From Hydrolagus affinis (Eukaryota): DNA of 61,413 nucleotides. Location of the stretch: NCBI GenBank assembly GCA_012026655.1, contig JAAILG010001828.1, forward strand, positions 1 to 61,413, read 5' to 3'. The notes under the pieces are model-generated. The model did no database searches, had not been told where the DNA came from, and saw only the letters and a list, made by a program, of their open reading frames with translations. Below are positions 1-12,265 of the stretch, piece after piece. Position 1 is the first letter of the stretch. Each line of letters begins with the position of its first letter. The translations under genes were made by a program, and so were the position numbers.

Positions 1-168
1 GTGCCTTTTGTTCCCCCCCGAATTCTTCGACCTCCCCTTTGTGTTTCACCCCCGCCCAAACACTCCCCTCCCAGCTCGGGTCACACTCCCCCTGTGCAGC
101 GCCTTGGGACGTCCTCCCGACGTGAAAGGCGCTCTATAAATGTAATTTGTTGTTGTTGTTGTTGTTGT
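1..168 (+). mobile_element. L2-clade LINE 3' end with (TTG)n tail
   Basis: Pyrimidine-rich 3' UTR, then gcagcgccttgggacgtcctcccgacgtgaaaggcgctctataaatg and (ttg)n; same tail architecture as the L2 copy at 26841-27211. Confidence 0.8.
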
Positions 169-277
169 CTGGAAGACATGAAAAGCACTATATCAAATGC
201 AAGGATTATTATTATTATTTATAGCACAAAAAGGCAGCCATTTGGCCCAATTGTGTCTGTCCTGGCTCTTTGAAAGT
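169..277. mobile_element. SINE 3' tail (+, 169-219) abutting a CR1 3' terminus (-, 220-277)
   Basis: gaagacatgaaaagcactatatcaaatgcaagg(att)n, then tatagcacaaaaaggcagccatttggccc, which resembles the reverse-complement CR1 end seen at 10171 and 40581. Confidence 0.65.
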
Positions 278-2256
278 TTGCCTCGGTGTAAAATCCTAGA
301 ATATTAAACCTGTTGGCTGTTGGTAATTTGTTCCAATAGATTTTTTTATATATATCAAAAAAAAACTTCGCAAATTGTGACGTCAACCTTCAACTATTCA
401 AATAAGGGTCACATCCAATTTAATTTTTCAATTTAATTTTTGTCCAGGTTGGTACAATGACTTCCCCAGGTGGCAAAATTTTAATATGCAATGGCTTCTC
501 CACCAATATTAAAATCAGAAAAATTGATTTAGCTCCACAAGGAACACTTCACGTCTCCCAACCCTGAACATTTTTTTCCCCCCACTCAACAAAAAAAATG
601 TGTGAACACAGCCTGAGTGATTCAGTTGAATAAGCCAACCACCAGTGAACGAGCTTTCTCCCCACCTCACACCAATGGTCTACCCGCTAATTATAAGTGT
701 GAACATCTGATCCATTTGGATTTCATTGCTAGTCACTCCTATGCAGACAATGAGAGGCTTTTGTCTGAAAAGGTAGATTTCAAGATTGCAAGATTATCAG
801 ATCAAAGTTTTAAAAACAGCTTCCTTCCTCCCCCCACCCACTAATCTGTTTCCATCTCATCCCAACACAGATGAGGGGAAAGGAGGGTGAGAAAATAGGT
901 GAATATTCCCATGTGAAAAAAAATGTATCTTGAATGTGAAATAAAATAGAATAAACTATTGAGTTTTGAATTGAATATTTGGCCATCTGTTAGCCACGGG
1001 CTGCAGAACTGAGTCTATGTGAAATACACACATCATCATTCATACAGGAGTTAATTCTATAATTTCACAAGGGTTCCAGTGCTTGTTTGCCAAAGACACA
1101 GCGGGTAACTCTGAACGGAATTCCTACCCACATTTGTCCTAAAATTTATTTATGATTGTGCAGAATAGCAGAACCTCGTTAAATTCACCCCTAATTTGGT
1201 TATTAGGGTTATTTTGAAATTCAGAAATGGCAAAAATTGGCTTCCATATTAAGATTGGATTTAAGAACGTCCCACAGTATTGCGCAAGCTTAAATAGTTG
1301 ATGAAACTGGCGAATTTGTGAACTGTTATGTGGTCGTGTGTGTGTGAAGGGGAAGGGGCAGGGGGCGGGGGGATTCCCACTAGCAACTCTCACCTTACAT
1401 TACTCAGCCTGAACTGAGTAAGCTCAGAGGCTGATGAAATGGTAATGATGTGATATTGCTTGTTTTAAGGCTTCGTAAATCTTAAACTATTAAAGTATGG
1501 GGAAAGCAAGTGTAAACACATCAATCCTCAACATTATTGTCAGGTCATTGACCATAAATGCTGAGTGTGCAGACATCAAAGTACAGACTCTGCGTGGAAC
1601 CCTCACAAATAGCCGAAAAATTTATGTCAATGGCTCGGTGGGGAATGGAAAAGAAATGAAAAACAGTATTCATTAGCGTACATTAATTATGGCAACTTTT
1701 GATGTAAAGGTATATTATAAGCCCCAGAACTGTTTTTTTTTCTATTTATTAAATGTCCTCGTTTTGAGAAGTTATTAAGGAAACAAAGTTGGTTCTCGTG
1801 AGAGCAAGCATAGTGGAAAAACTCCACTGAAAAATTCCATCAACCTCAAGCTATCAGGCTACATTTCTGCTGCAGTTGACAATCATACATTGTGCAGCAT
1901 AGTAATGGAACGCTTTGCTTATTCCATAAATTTTAATCTGTATATTTATATTTTTAAAACACAGCAACAGACACACAGTTACATCCCCGACTATGTTATT
2001 TACGAACCTCATAAAAGTGTCGTGTTTGTCTTGCGACTGTGAGACTGTGTTTAAGATGTAAATTGCTTCTGGTGTCCGATTTATTTTGTAAAGATTGCTT
2101 CAAAAAAAACAATTTGTTTAGTTTTATTAATCAACACGTTGTCGTCGTCGTTGTTGTTGTTGGATAAGAACTGGGATGTTTCAAATAGCGATTGCTTCTG
2201 CAGTCAGGTGATGGGAAGCGATGTGTGGGAAGGTGGATGGATGAGAGAAGACGTTT

Positions 2257-2352
2257 AATTCTGTGAAGTGCTTTGTGATGTCTCGAAGACATGATGAGAC
2301 GCTATATCAAATGCAAGGATTACTATTATTCTAATTATTATTATTATTATTA
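2257..2352 (+). mobile_element. SINE 3' fragment
   Basis: ttctgtgaagtgctttg...gctatatcaaatgcaagg(att)n matches the family tail. Confidence 0.85.
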
Positions 2353-3245
2353 TCGGCAAGCCCGAATCCCTAGCTTTGGGTAAATTGCAGAAAATAAACC
2401 GAGCTATTTGAAACAGCGAAGAAAAATCAGAGACGGAGAGCGTAGGCAAGCGGCCATCTTCGTGAACAGCCCTGAGGGAAGAATTGGAACGTTAACACAG
2501 CGGCCTTGTTACACGCTGGTCTCCTTGGCTCCAGAGAACCAAGGAGCTGAGGGAGAAAAATAAAGATTTATGCTCGGAATTTTAGAAATAATAAAAAAAA
2601 TTCCCCTAATAAAATATTAACCTTGAACTTTTTGTCCCATTTTGCTTTATTCGCCTCCGGAGGATTTAAGATTGATCGCTGGGTTTACAATAATTGCCAA
2701 ATGGTCCGTGGCAAGGTTTTGTTCTGCATCCTAATGAACTTATTCCCGGGTTTCCCAGCCAGCGATTAGATTAGAAATGCTGGAAATCTGGTAAACAGTA
2801 TTTGCGAAGAGAATGGCAGAATGCCTAACACAAAAAGGCCCAAATTTCTCCTAGGTCTTTCGACTGTTTTGAGACCTTATCATACAAGACTTTGCTATGA
2901 TTTACAAGATTATGCAGATTAGTGCCAAACACTTCAATTCAATCTTACTCTTAATTTGGGGAATCTTTTCTTTTCCAACAATTACATAAAAACCCCATTT
3001 CCAAAACCAATTGAGTGTAATTTTATAAATGAAGAAAAAATAGTTAAGAACTAAGTAGAATTTCAGGCCTAAAATGTGCTTCAATCACGATATTTAAGAG
3101 CAACAACAACTTGCATTTGTATTGCGTCCCTATTAAAGATAGAAGCTTTTGTTCAATATGAAACCTTGGGTTAATTGTAGGCATGAGAGCCTCGGATAAT
3201 AAAAGCATTTGAAAGACATAACTATGCTGAAAGAGCAGTAAATTT

Positions 3246-3365
3246 TTAATAATCCTTGCATTTGATATAGCACTTTATCACGTCATTGAGATGTTTCAAA
3301 GAGCAGCACAGAAAATACTGTAAAAAGTGAATTGGCTGTATATTTTGTGAGCAAATATTTGACAG
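3246..3365 (-). mobile_element. SINE 3' fragment
   Basis: taataatccttgcatttgatatagcact...gtgaattggctgtatattttgtg is the reverse complement of the family 3' end. Confidence 0.85.
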
Positions 3366-4244
3366 GATATTAAAATTGTTAGCCTGAACTGAAATAATCT
3401 GTGAGGGAAACAGATCACAAACTAGTTTCGATTGAAGGCGACAAAAAGTTTCCAGGCTCAACAGGAACGGAACTGGAGCAAAGCACCGCGCTGACGATGG
3501 GGATGGTTTGCAAAGCAAAGCCATCATTAAAGCTGAACTGAAGCTGCCTCAGAGAGAAAAAAAAGCCGTCAAGATCGAACAGTTTGAATAAAACTGTGAC
3601 AAAGAAGCATTTCGATACACAGAGTATCTTGCGAGTGCACCGAGCCACAAACGATTTGCTGGCTGCTTTCACAATCAGCCGTTTTTTTGTGTTTTGATCG
3701 GGTTACTCACACAGTATACAGTAGTGAATGGGGATAAGTTCCAAAATGCTTCAAATATCACCGCGGTCGCGCGTTAAAACTTGAGTAACGTAGCGCGCAA
3801 CATCCAGAGGCAGAGAGAGAACAGTGGGGGAGCGAGCGAGATTGGGGTCGGTGTTTCTCACGGAACTTCAATTCAATTCCGACACTCGGCAACACGGCAG
3901 ATGGCAAAATGCACACATGATCAAAATGTACACTTCACAAAGGCATTGGCTGAGCAGGTCAGCGGATTCTACCAAATTACATTTATTTTCCAAACTCCGC
4001 GATATTACTCTTCCCACAGCTTGGTGATCATGAAATATAGATCAGCCGAGTGTTTTTCATGTTTCACACTTCATCTGGGCTCGATGTCTCCTCTCCTGAT
4101 CAGTGGTTTACAACCCACAGAATTTTCATCTGAGCTCCACTCTATGCATCTTCATTCCTCACGGAAATGACAATACAAGAGACAGTTTGACAGATTCTTT
4201 TACACGCTCCGTGTCTCAATTGCTCTGGGGGTTATTGGTCAATT

Positions 4245-4246
<2 letters not shown>

Positions 4247-4280
<34 letters not shown>
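4247..4280. repeat. (AG)n microsatellite
   Basis: Uninterrupted AG run. Confidence 0.95.
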
Positions 4281-4282
<2 letters not shown>

Positions 4283-4408
4283 CTTTACTTTCACTCACAA
4301 TAATCTTCAGGTTATACGAATCAATATTCCCTACTTTTTCTTTTTTTTTAAAAAAAGGAACAACCCAGGTTCCAGCCATTTAGATTTAACACACGACCCA
4401 CTATCTGT

Positions 4409-4723
4409 GGAGCTCCTGTGGCTCAATGGTTAGAGCACTTGTCTTGCAAGCTGGGAGACCAAGCTGGGGAGACCTGTGTTCGAATCCAGGCAGGTCAGGG
4501 CGAAACCTTGGGCAAGTTTCCACACACCTAATAATAATCCCTCCCAAAAAAAAACACAATAAAAAAAATTGGTCATTTCAATCCACGACTGTTTGTGGGA
4601 CACTGCTGTGCGCAATTGGCTGCCACGATTCACCCACAAATATATAGTCAATTCATTTTACTATTCTGTGAAGCGCTTTGGGACGTCGATAAGATGTGAA
4701 AAGCGCTATATCAAATGCAAGGA
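4409..4723 (+). mobile_element. Full-length tRNA-derived Deu-type SINE, variant with duplicated caagctgg(g)gagac
   Basis: A box tggctcaatgg, B box gttcgaatcc, Deu core ctgctgtgcgcaattggctgcc, L2-like tail. Confidence 0.92.
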
Positions 4724-5149
4724 AATTAAAAAATAATAATAAATAGTTCCTATCGAGGATACCAATGAACTGTTTCCGGATGAGTATTAGAAGCCCTTTG
4801 TTACTGATTGATGTCGCGTTGCTTGCCGATTGCATAGTTTTCTTTCGAAAACTGATTCAAAGGGGAGGTGTTTTCTGCATGTTAATAACCACAGTCAATA
4901 GCCCAGCAACAACAACAAAAAAAACAAGAGGATTTAAACTCTCAGGTTCCTGTGCATTACAGACATCATTAGACGCTGAGATATCATCATATGATGAACT
5001 AAGCCGTGAGGATTCCTGCAATGCAGTTAATTGTCGTTTTCGAGCAAGTGGCAAATATTAATTCTGAAAGCAGTTTCAGGGAGCAGATAAAGTGATGAAA
5101 TCGGTGTTAGGGACTCACCAACGGAATTCTATATTTGCAATAATTACTA

Positions 5150-5520
5150 TCATCCTCACAGCTGATGTGACACTTCATCATGTTGAAGTGGCTCAAAGCA
5201 CTTCCCATGCACGTTGAATGTTTCATTTCGAACGTTCTTGCAACAGGGGAAACACAATAGCTTTTGAGCGCCAACAACATCCCACAATTAGCAATGAGAT
5301 AGACCAATCAATTTTTTTTAATATCAATTGGTGAACTTGAATGAGGGATGGGACATTTGGCTGCAACTCCTGAAATATCCTTTATTTTTTGTTATCAAAA
5401 TAGTGCTTTGGCAACTTCAACGTCTCAGTAAAGAGAAAACCACTGCAAACAAGACCTCAGTTTGACACCTTGTTGACAGCCATGTAGCGCTCTACTCAAG
5501 TGTCCAGCTCGACTGTGATT
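5150..5520 (-). mobile_element. Old, diverged full-Deu-domain SINE (SacSINE1/AmnSINE1-like)
   Basis: Collinear with the reverse-complement Deu domain as I recall it: ctcaaagcactt, cccacaattagcaatgagatagacca, tgagggat, aaatagtgc, cctcagttt. Confidence 0.65.
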
Positions 5521-5865
5521 CCCTCTAAGGGGCTGAACAGGTGCACAAGCCAAGCGATCAGACTCAGTCGCACAAAGCAACAACTAAATCAAAGTATTCT
5601 AGTTAATAAGGTGTCAATAAGGTGTCAAACTGAGGTCTTGTTTGCAGTGGTTGAAAGGTAAGCTTCCACAGTCTCCTCCTGTATCCTCACGCCTTCAGAC
5701 GAAGGCCTTACTCTCAGCTCTGTGAGGATGCTCCCTTAAATTGGCCTTCTTTGTTGATTGATTGTTAAACGCAAGGATTATTATTGGGCCTCATTGAGTT
5801 CTCAGTGTCAGCGACACTGCCACTCCTTACCTTTCAACCCCCTCTTTATCCTCCCTGCATTTCTG

Positions 5866-6135
5866 GGTTCAGTTCCAGTCAGGGCGAAACCGTGGGCAAG
5901 ATTTCTTACTCCACACACCGAATAATAATCCCTCAAAAATCAACAACAATAAATTGGTCATTTCAATCCATGACTGTTTTTGGGACACTGCTGTGCGCAA
6001 TTGGCTGCCACGTTTTGCCCACATATATACAGTCAATTCACTTTAGAGTATATTCTGTGAAGTGCTTTGAGATGTCTAGAAGACGTGAAAAGCGCTATAT
6101 CAAATGCGAGGATTACTATTATTATTATTATTTAT
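5866..6135 (+). mobile_element. 5'-truncated tRNA/Deu SINE
   Basis: gtcagggcgaaaccgtgggcaag through the Deu core to the (att)n tail. Confidence 0.9.
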
Positions 6136-7945
6136 TCCTGAGCTTCAGTTACGGAACTCGTGATTGATCTTAGCTTACCAGTGGCCTCTGTAAGGTGTGG
6201 TCACTGTATGGTAATAGCTTCCGAACATACGCTTTAAACACAGAGAGAGATAGCTGCCTTTCGATGGTAACACGAAAGGTCCATGGGGTGGAATTTGCAA
6301 TGCTCAACTCTGAATATAAGGATACTTTTGCGGTGTAGTTTGAGTCGTTTAAACTTCTTTTTCCTCACGCAGACGCATTCTTTTCCTCACAATCACACGA
6401 AAGCCAGCAATTTACAAATCGATAAAACCATACAGGCAGGGAAATAATCTTAAAGATAATAATCCTTGCCCTTGATATCGCGCCTTATTAGCAACAACAA
6501 AATTACACTTATATAGCGCCTTTCAAGTCAGGAGGACGTCCCAAGGTTGCTGGAAAGAAGAAAGAGTAGAAGGAAAGAGAGAGAACGATACAAACAAACA
6601 AATAAATATATCTTCCCACCCTAATCTTGTTGGAAAAATCTCTCTGGAGCCATCTCAAAGTTTGACATTTTTGCACTGACCATAATCTAGTCAGCAAATA
6701 GGACTTGATATTATTTATTCAATTGGTTGGTGAGGATTGTGTATTGCATCGCATCTCCAGAAGGCTGGTGTAATTTAATTCTTGCAAAGTGCTGTATTTC
6801 CCAGTTATGAAAGGGAACTGGAGGAGGAGCTGATTGCATTTGCTGTAAAGAAATGTATTTCCCGTGACATTCAGTGAATTTATATATTTTTGTCTATTCA
6901 ATTATTTGAAATGGAAAGAATTACTCTGCAGAAAGTAAATTGTTGTTCATGTGAAAATGATTTCCCTTTGATTCATTTATTTGGGGCGGGAGGTGTGGAG
7001 GGGGTGGGAGTGGGGGGTGGGGTGGTGGGAGGTGTTTGGAGTGTGTCCCACAACAACCAACTAATTACATTTGTATAGTGCCTTTTACTTTGTGGTTGGG
7101 GGGAACATTCTGAGGCGCTGGACAATCAGGCATTTGGATCCACAAAGCTTTGAATGAACCCTATTCAGCTGGTGGTCACGTTTCTGTTCAAAACCCATGG
7201 GTGGAAATTGAGGATCGCTGAACCCCAGAGGGTTGATGAATTTGATGTAAAAAGGAAGAAAGTTTACAGCACCATTCGGCAGAATGTATATGCGTGTCCG
7301 GGACATCAGCCCTTGAACGGAAATTGGAAGTAGCACTGCTAACAATCGGCAATAATCATTCATTCATAGAGAAAAGTGGTTGCAACTGAGGTTTGACAAT
7401 GCAATTAGTATATATAAATCAGGACTTTGATATTATTTAATCATTACAACAGCACTGGGTTGTAGGACTGTTAATTTTCTGTACAGAGTATATCATGTGG
7501 ACACATTTTGGTAAACTACACTCTTCGGCAGCGTTATATTAAAGGCATTCTTTATGATGACTATGATTAATGCTATCGGACAAGATTTTATACCCTTTTA
7601 AACGATGCAGCTACACTGCTATTTGTGATAAGGAATAGACTACAAACCATTCCTTTTTGTGCAATCACCGGCGAGACTTATTTTTTAACCCCGAGCGACA
7701 CAATGGTTCTTCCTTCCTCGGCTGAAGGGAGAGTTGATCTGCCAGAGGTGTGGTTTGAGCTTTTCCAATTGGAACGCAACATCCCTTTTTGTGCAGCATC
7801 GCTCCACCATCCACATCCAGCCCTGAGCAAACCATCTTCGGCTGTCTACATCAACCGAGCAGTATGTTACAATGTGGCTCACAGCAATCCTAGCATTTTC
7901 CACCAAACAAAAGGGACTTACCGCAACCATTTGCACATCTGTGAT

Positions 7946-8242
7946 GATAATAATAATCCTTGCATTTGATGTAGTGCTTTTTACGTCTTCTAGATGTCTC
8001 AAAGCGCTTGACAGAATATACTGTAAAGTGAATTGACTTTTGCGGGCGAAACTCATTAATCCCCACAGTCGTGGATTGAAATGACCAATTTTACTATTGT
8101 GTTTTTTTTGGAAGGGATTATTTTTAGGCATGTGTGTGGAGTAAGGAAACTTGCCCAAACCTTCGCCCTGACCTGCCTGGATTCGAACACAGGTCTCACG
8201 CTTGTAAGGCAAGTGCTCTAATCACTGAGCTACAGGAGCTCC
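7946..8242 (-). mobile_element. Near full-length tRNA/Deu SINE with the Deu core deleted
   Basis: Head ggagctcctgtagctcagtga and tail are present; gctgtgcgcaattggctgcc is replaced by a short unrelated stretch near 8051-8060. Confidence 0.9.
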
Positions 8243-9983
8243 ATCAAGTACAACCAAATGCAACAGTTAGTGCACCATTGAATATAATTTGAGTGAACAT
8301 TCATCAGGAGCAAATATAGTGTTAGCCTGACGGGACTTTGAGCCCATCCTTCTACGCTGATGCTCCATTCCCTTGCTGTGGGGGTCGGGGGGGGGTGGGG
8401 GGTGGGGGGAGGGGGGATTTGCTATGAAGCCAGGAATGTTCTGTGGATGAAATGTCAAATCTGTCTGCCTATTGGGGTAAAAAAGGGGAGTTTCTGTCAG
8501 TGTCCTGGTCAACAATTCCTCCACACCCCCCACTCCCCCACCACCTCCCCACCCACCCCAATAAGTAATTTACTTTATGGCTGTTTGTTTGTGGCCTTTA
8601 GGGTAAATGAGGAAAGTACTGATGAATGCTCAGACCGCACAATGTAGAGTCGAAAACTTTTTGAATGCAAAAGTACCCTCAAGTCTGGAGGTTGAAGATG
8701 CAGAGAGGGGATAAATGTCTCCATATTGTTACTAAGTCTGAATGGAAATCAGGAACCTATAGGGGAACGAATTTAGAAAACGGCGTATTCCAACCAAATG
8801 ATATTCAACAGGGTTTTATTTTATTTTAAAAAGACAAATAACATAAAATAAGCGCAACTGCATGAATGATGCATAAAGTTATAACATCCAGCAGAAGTGC
8901 TCACCTCTCAGTTTTGCGAATACATTATCCTAGTTCCCTAACACACCGTAGAATTGCACAGCCTCACTGACTCGTTTCTCGAGGCACAGGGTACGTGAAG
9001 TCTGGATAATGTACTCTCTGAGTGGAGCCAAGTACCTTGCAATGAATGTGATGAAAGTGATAAGTCGGTTCCAATATTAGAGGCCAGAACCTGAGCCAGT
9101 GACAAATTCAATGAGAGGATAAGACGAGCCAACTCAATTTTGTGCAGAAATGCAACCGGCTGATCAGGTGCAGAAACAGCGAGGCTGTTTACTGTGGTTT
9201 CCGAAACTATCTTTTAATGACCAGGGCTACTGGTTGCAATGATAAACGTTGGCTGCCAGAGGTAATGTGTATATTAGTATTAAAATTCGACAGTGAACTT
9301 ACACAAGATAGTCCTCTGCAGGGAATCAGTGAGAGTCCGACGATTACCATAGTTATTTTTTTTGCCTTATTCGAATGTGGCAGAAAGATTTCAGCATTTC
9401 TTCAGCCACTAAGAAGAATTTAAAGATAAGGCTTGATTGCGTGCATATGTGTATGTGTTTTGGGGGAGGACAGGGAAGGATTCCTAAATGACAAAAGCCT
9501 ACAATACAGTCAATGTGGCTTAGTCAGGGTTCAGCGACAAAGAATGAAAACAAAAAAGAATTGTGAATGTGGATGTCATGGGGTGGCTTTATTAAAGGAA
9601 TCCATCAAAAAAAAATCTACACTACAGAAACCATTGAAAACTCACGGTAATCAGTAAGCTGTACCTTTATTTCTAGCAATATTTGGAAGCATTTTTTTTT
9701 GCCTTTCTCCTTCCTCTTAAAAGTGGACCAAAAAAAATCCTGCCCAATTAATTAATTAGCAGTTAATCAACACGTTGTAGCTCCAGGAAATTAAGGGCCG
9801 TGAGTATTTACACTGTTCCAAATGGGACACTTGATCAGAAAATTCTGTTTGAGGTAATAATTGCTCTTTATTATGAATAAAATGAAAAAACAAGAAAGCA
9901 TAGAAACAATATCCCCAAAATATCTAAAGAGGTCATTTGCAGCCGGTTTAATGAGAACGCTTGCACTTGAAACAGGCGCATTA

Positions 9984-10645
9984 TCATGTCATTGAGGCCT
10001 CTGAAAGCACTTCACAAGATAGACTGCAAAGTGAGCATGACTGTGTGCTTTGTGTGTGAAACTCGGCAGCCAGTTGCACAGAGCAGCGTTCCCACAAACA
10101 GCCATGGAGTGAATGAGTGACCAACGCAATTTCTCCTATCCCATATTGCCATGTGATTTTTAACATCCACAGAAACATAAGAACAGGAGTAGGCCATTCA
10201 GCCCTTCGAGCCTGTTTCACCATTTAATTAGATCATGGCTGATCTATTCCTCTACTAATTCTTTCAATTCCAATTTCCTGCTTTCTCCCTGACCTACCAA
10301 AAATTTATCAACCTCACACTTGAAGATGGATCCAGTATCCATGACCTTTTGACGGGAGAGAATTACAGATTTCTACCAACTCTTTGAGTGAAAAAATGCT
10401 TCCTGATTTCACTCTTAAATGGCCTGGTTCTAATTTTAAGACTATGTCCCCTTGTTTTGGATGTGTCCCATCCAGAGGAAATTGTTTCTCTCTATCTACC
10501 CTATCGAATCCCTTCATCATCTTAAATACCTCAATCACCTCACCCCTCAACCTTCTAAACTCCACCTGAACAGTCAGTCGCCTTTCACGTCTCATCCAAA
10601 GGACGGCAGCTCCGACAATGGCACACGCCCAGCACTGCATTTGGA
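9984..10645 (-). mobile_element. Old full-Deu SINE split by a CR1 insertion (pieces 9984-10170 and 10566-10645)
   Basis: gccatgtgatttttaacatccac joins to ctgaacag...acgtctcatccaaaggacggcagctccgaca, contiguous with the reverse-complement Deu domain. Confidence 0.8.
10171..10565 (-). mobile_element. CR1 LINE 3' fragment (ORF2 C-terminus plus 3' UTR)
   Basis: ORF 10314-10688(-) reads EFRRLRGEVIEVFKMMKGFDRVDREKQFPL, typical of the CR1 ORF2 C-terminus; terminus acataagaacaggagtaggccattcagccc. Confidence 0.92.
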
Positions 10646-12079
10646 AAAGAATGTGCGACTGAGTTCTAACACGCGCGTGCATGTCCAACGGTAATTCTAT
10701 GTGGGATTTTTAATTCTGCTTCGACCAGGAACACCTTTACACCTGCGCGGCTGGGCACAGATTTCAGCAATATTGCTGTCAACAGTATAACAAATTGATA
10801 TTAATTTTTGCACAGTGTTTGCCCCTCATCTACACCACCTGAGGATGAGCCCTAAAGACGTGATTAATCCTGTGGTGATGGGAAGAGGCTTGGCCCAAGA
10901 AGAACCGGTGGGGGAAGGGGGGGTGGGGGTAGGGTGAGTGGGAGGGGGGGAGTGAGGGAGTGTAGGATGGAGAGAGGGAATCATCTGGCATGATTGACAG
11001 CAAACAATACACCACTTGGCACTGGCAACTATCTTCTGTGTGGTCCAATTGAACGGACTGCAATCACTGTGATGACAAGTTGGCTGGCACTCACTGAGAC
11101 AGTGATTAATGGCCAGTGCTACTGATAGTTTGTCACCTGCAGCAATGCAACCGCATTAATCATGTTCCAACTACCTCAGCTTTATTTGCAGGCAACCTGG
11201 CATTTTACACAAACTTCCCCTCCGAATTTGTATGTAGGCCATTTTTCTCCGAAGAGAATTAAAAGGTTCATACCCACTGACATTTAAAGTAAATAGGCGA
11301 TTACAAGGCAGCCGGCGCGATGGTAACAGATTAATAAGGTTGAGTGAACTATTTGCGTTTCACTTGCCTACTTGAAGATGAAAAAATATCTATCTGGATG
11401 GAGGACTTTGATGGTTTTGGTATTCGGTTATCACCAACTGGGAAGAGGCAGTTGCGAAGATGTGTTAAAATCTCCTGAGATCTCTTGCCAAAGATTTTAC
11501 CAAAGATTGATTAAAGCCAACACCTGCAAAATCTGACATTCTTCAGCTTTCCGTTGCATATATTTTTATGGTTTGACATGCAAGAATAATAATCCTAATT
11601 ATTACATTTGATATAGTGCCTCATCACATCAATGAGACATCTCAAAGCTCTTCACAGGATAGAGTGTAAATGCATTCATTCTATAATATCATACTGTAGA
11701 TAAATTCTTTGTCCATGGAGTCGAGTGCATATTGATCTATAGATAGAGGTTTAAAGTCTGCGTTCTCTTGCAGACTGTTACCAATTGGCCGGGAGTTACT
11801 CCAATTAATTACTGCAACAATAGACACACAGATTTCTCTTAGAAGAAGAGCTGAGACAAATGACAGAAATAGGCCAGTGAAATCAGTGCACGAGTTACTG
11901 TTTGTAATGAAAAAAAATCTCCGCAGTACAATCTCTTTTGTAATTGTGTAATTGTGTGAAAAATGTTTAAGGTATTCCATTGAGGTTCAGTGAAGCTGAA
12001 GCCTTCGACTGAGGTACAAATCCCATCAGCACATCAATTACCTGAAAAGGCACAGATTATAATATATACCCCCAAGAAT

Positions 12080-12265
12080 GATAATAATAATAATAATAAT
12101 GCTTGCATTTCATACAGCATTTTTCATCACTTCTAAACATCTCAAAGTGCTTCACAGAATATACTGGAAAGTGAATAGACTGTATATTTGTGGGCAAAAC
12201 GCGACAGCAAATTGTGCACAGCAGCGTCCCCACAAACAGTCAAGGATTGAGTGACCAAATCATTA
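12080..12265 (-). mobile_element. SINE 3' half
   Basis: (taa)n gcttgcattt...gcaaattgtgcacagcagcgtccccacaaacag; further decayed pieces at 11585-11680 and 12438-12575. Confidence 0.85.

Noticed and set aside
4963-5061. Peptide SLDAEISSYDEL resembling the intermediate-filament rod-end motif
   Set aside because: The key YRKLLEGE residues are absent, and there are no neighbouring exons.
6983-7033. G-run tracts with G-quadruplex potential (also near 8379, 10908, 30510, 54541)
   Set aside because: Low-complexity tracts are frequent throughout the window, and nothing indicates function.
7685-8212. 175-aa ORF and many ORFs with recurring peptides such as NARIIII and GTLLCAIGC
   Set aside because: These are translations of SINE copies, not a protein family.
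8619-8680. CTGATGA...GAAA followed by a short hairpin
   Set aside because: No valid stem I or stem II adjacent to the core; chance match.
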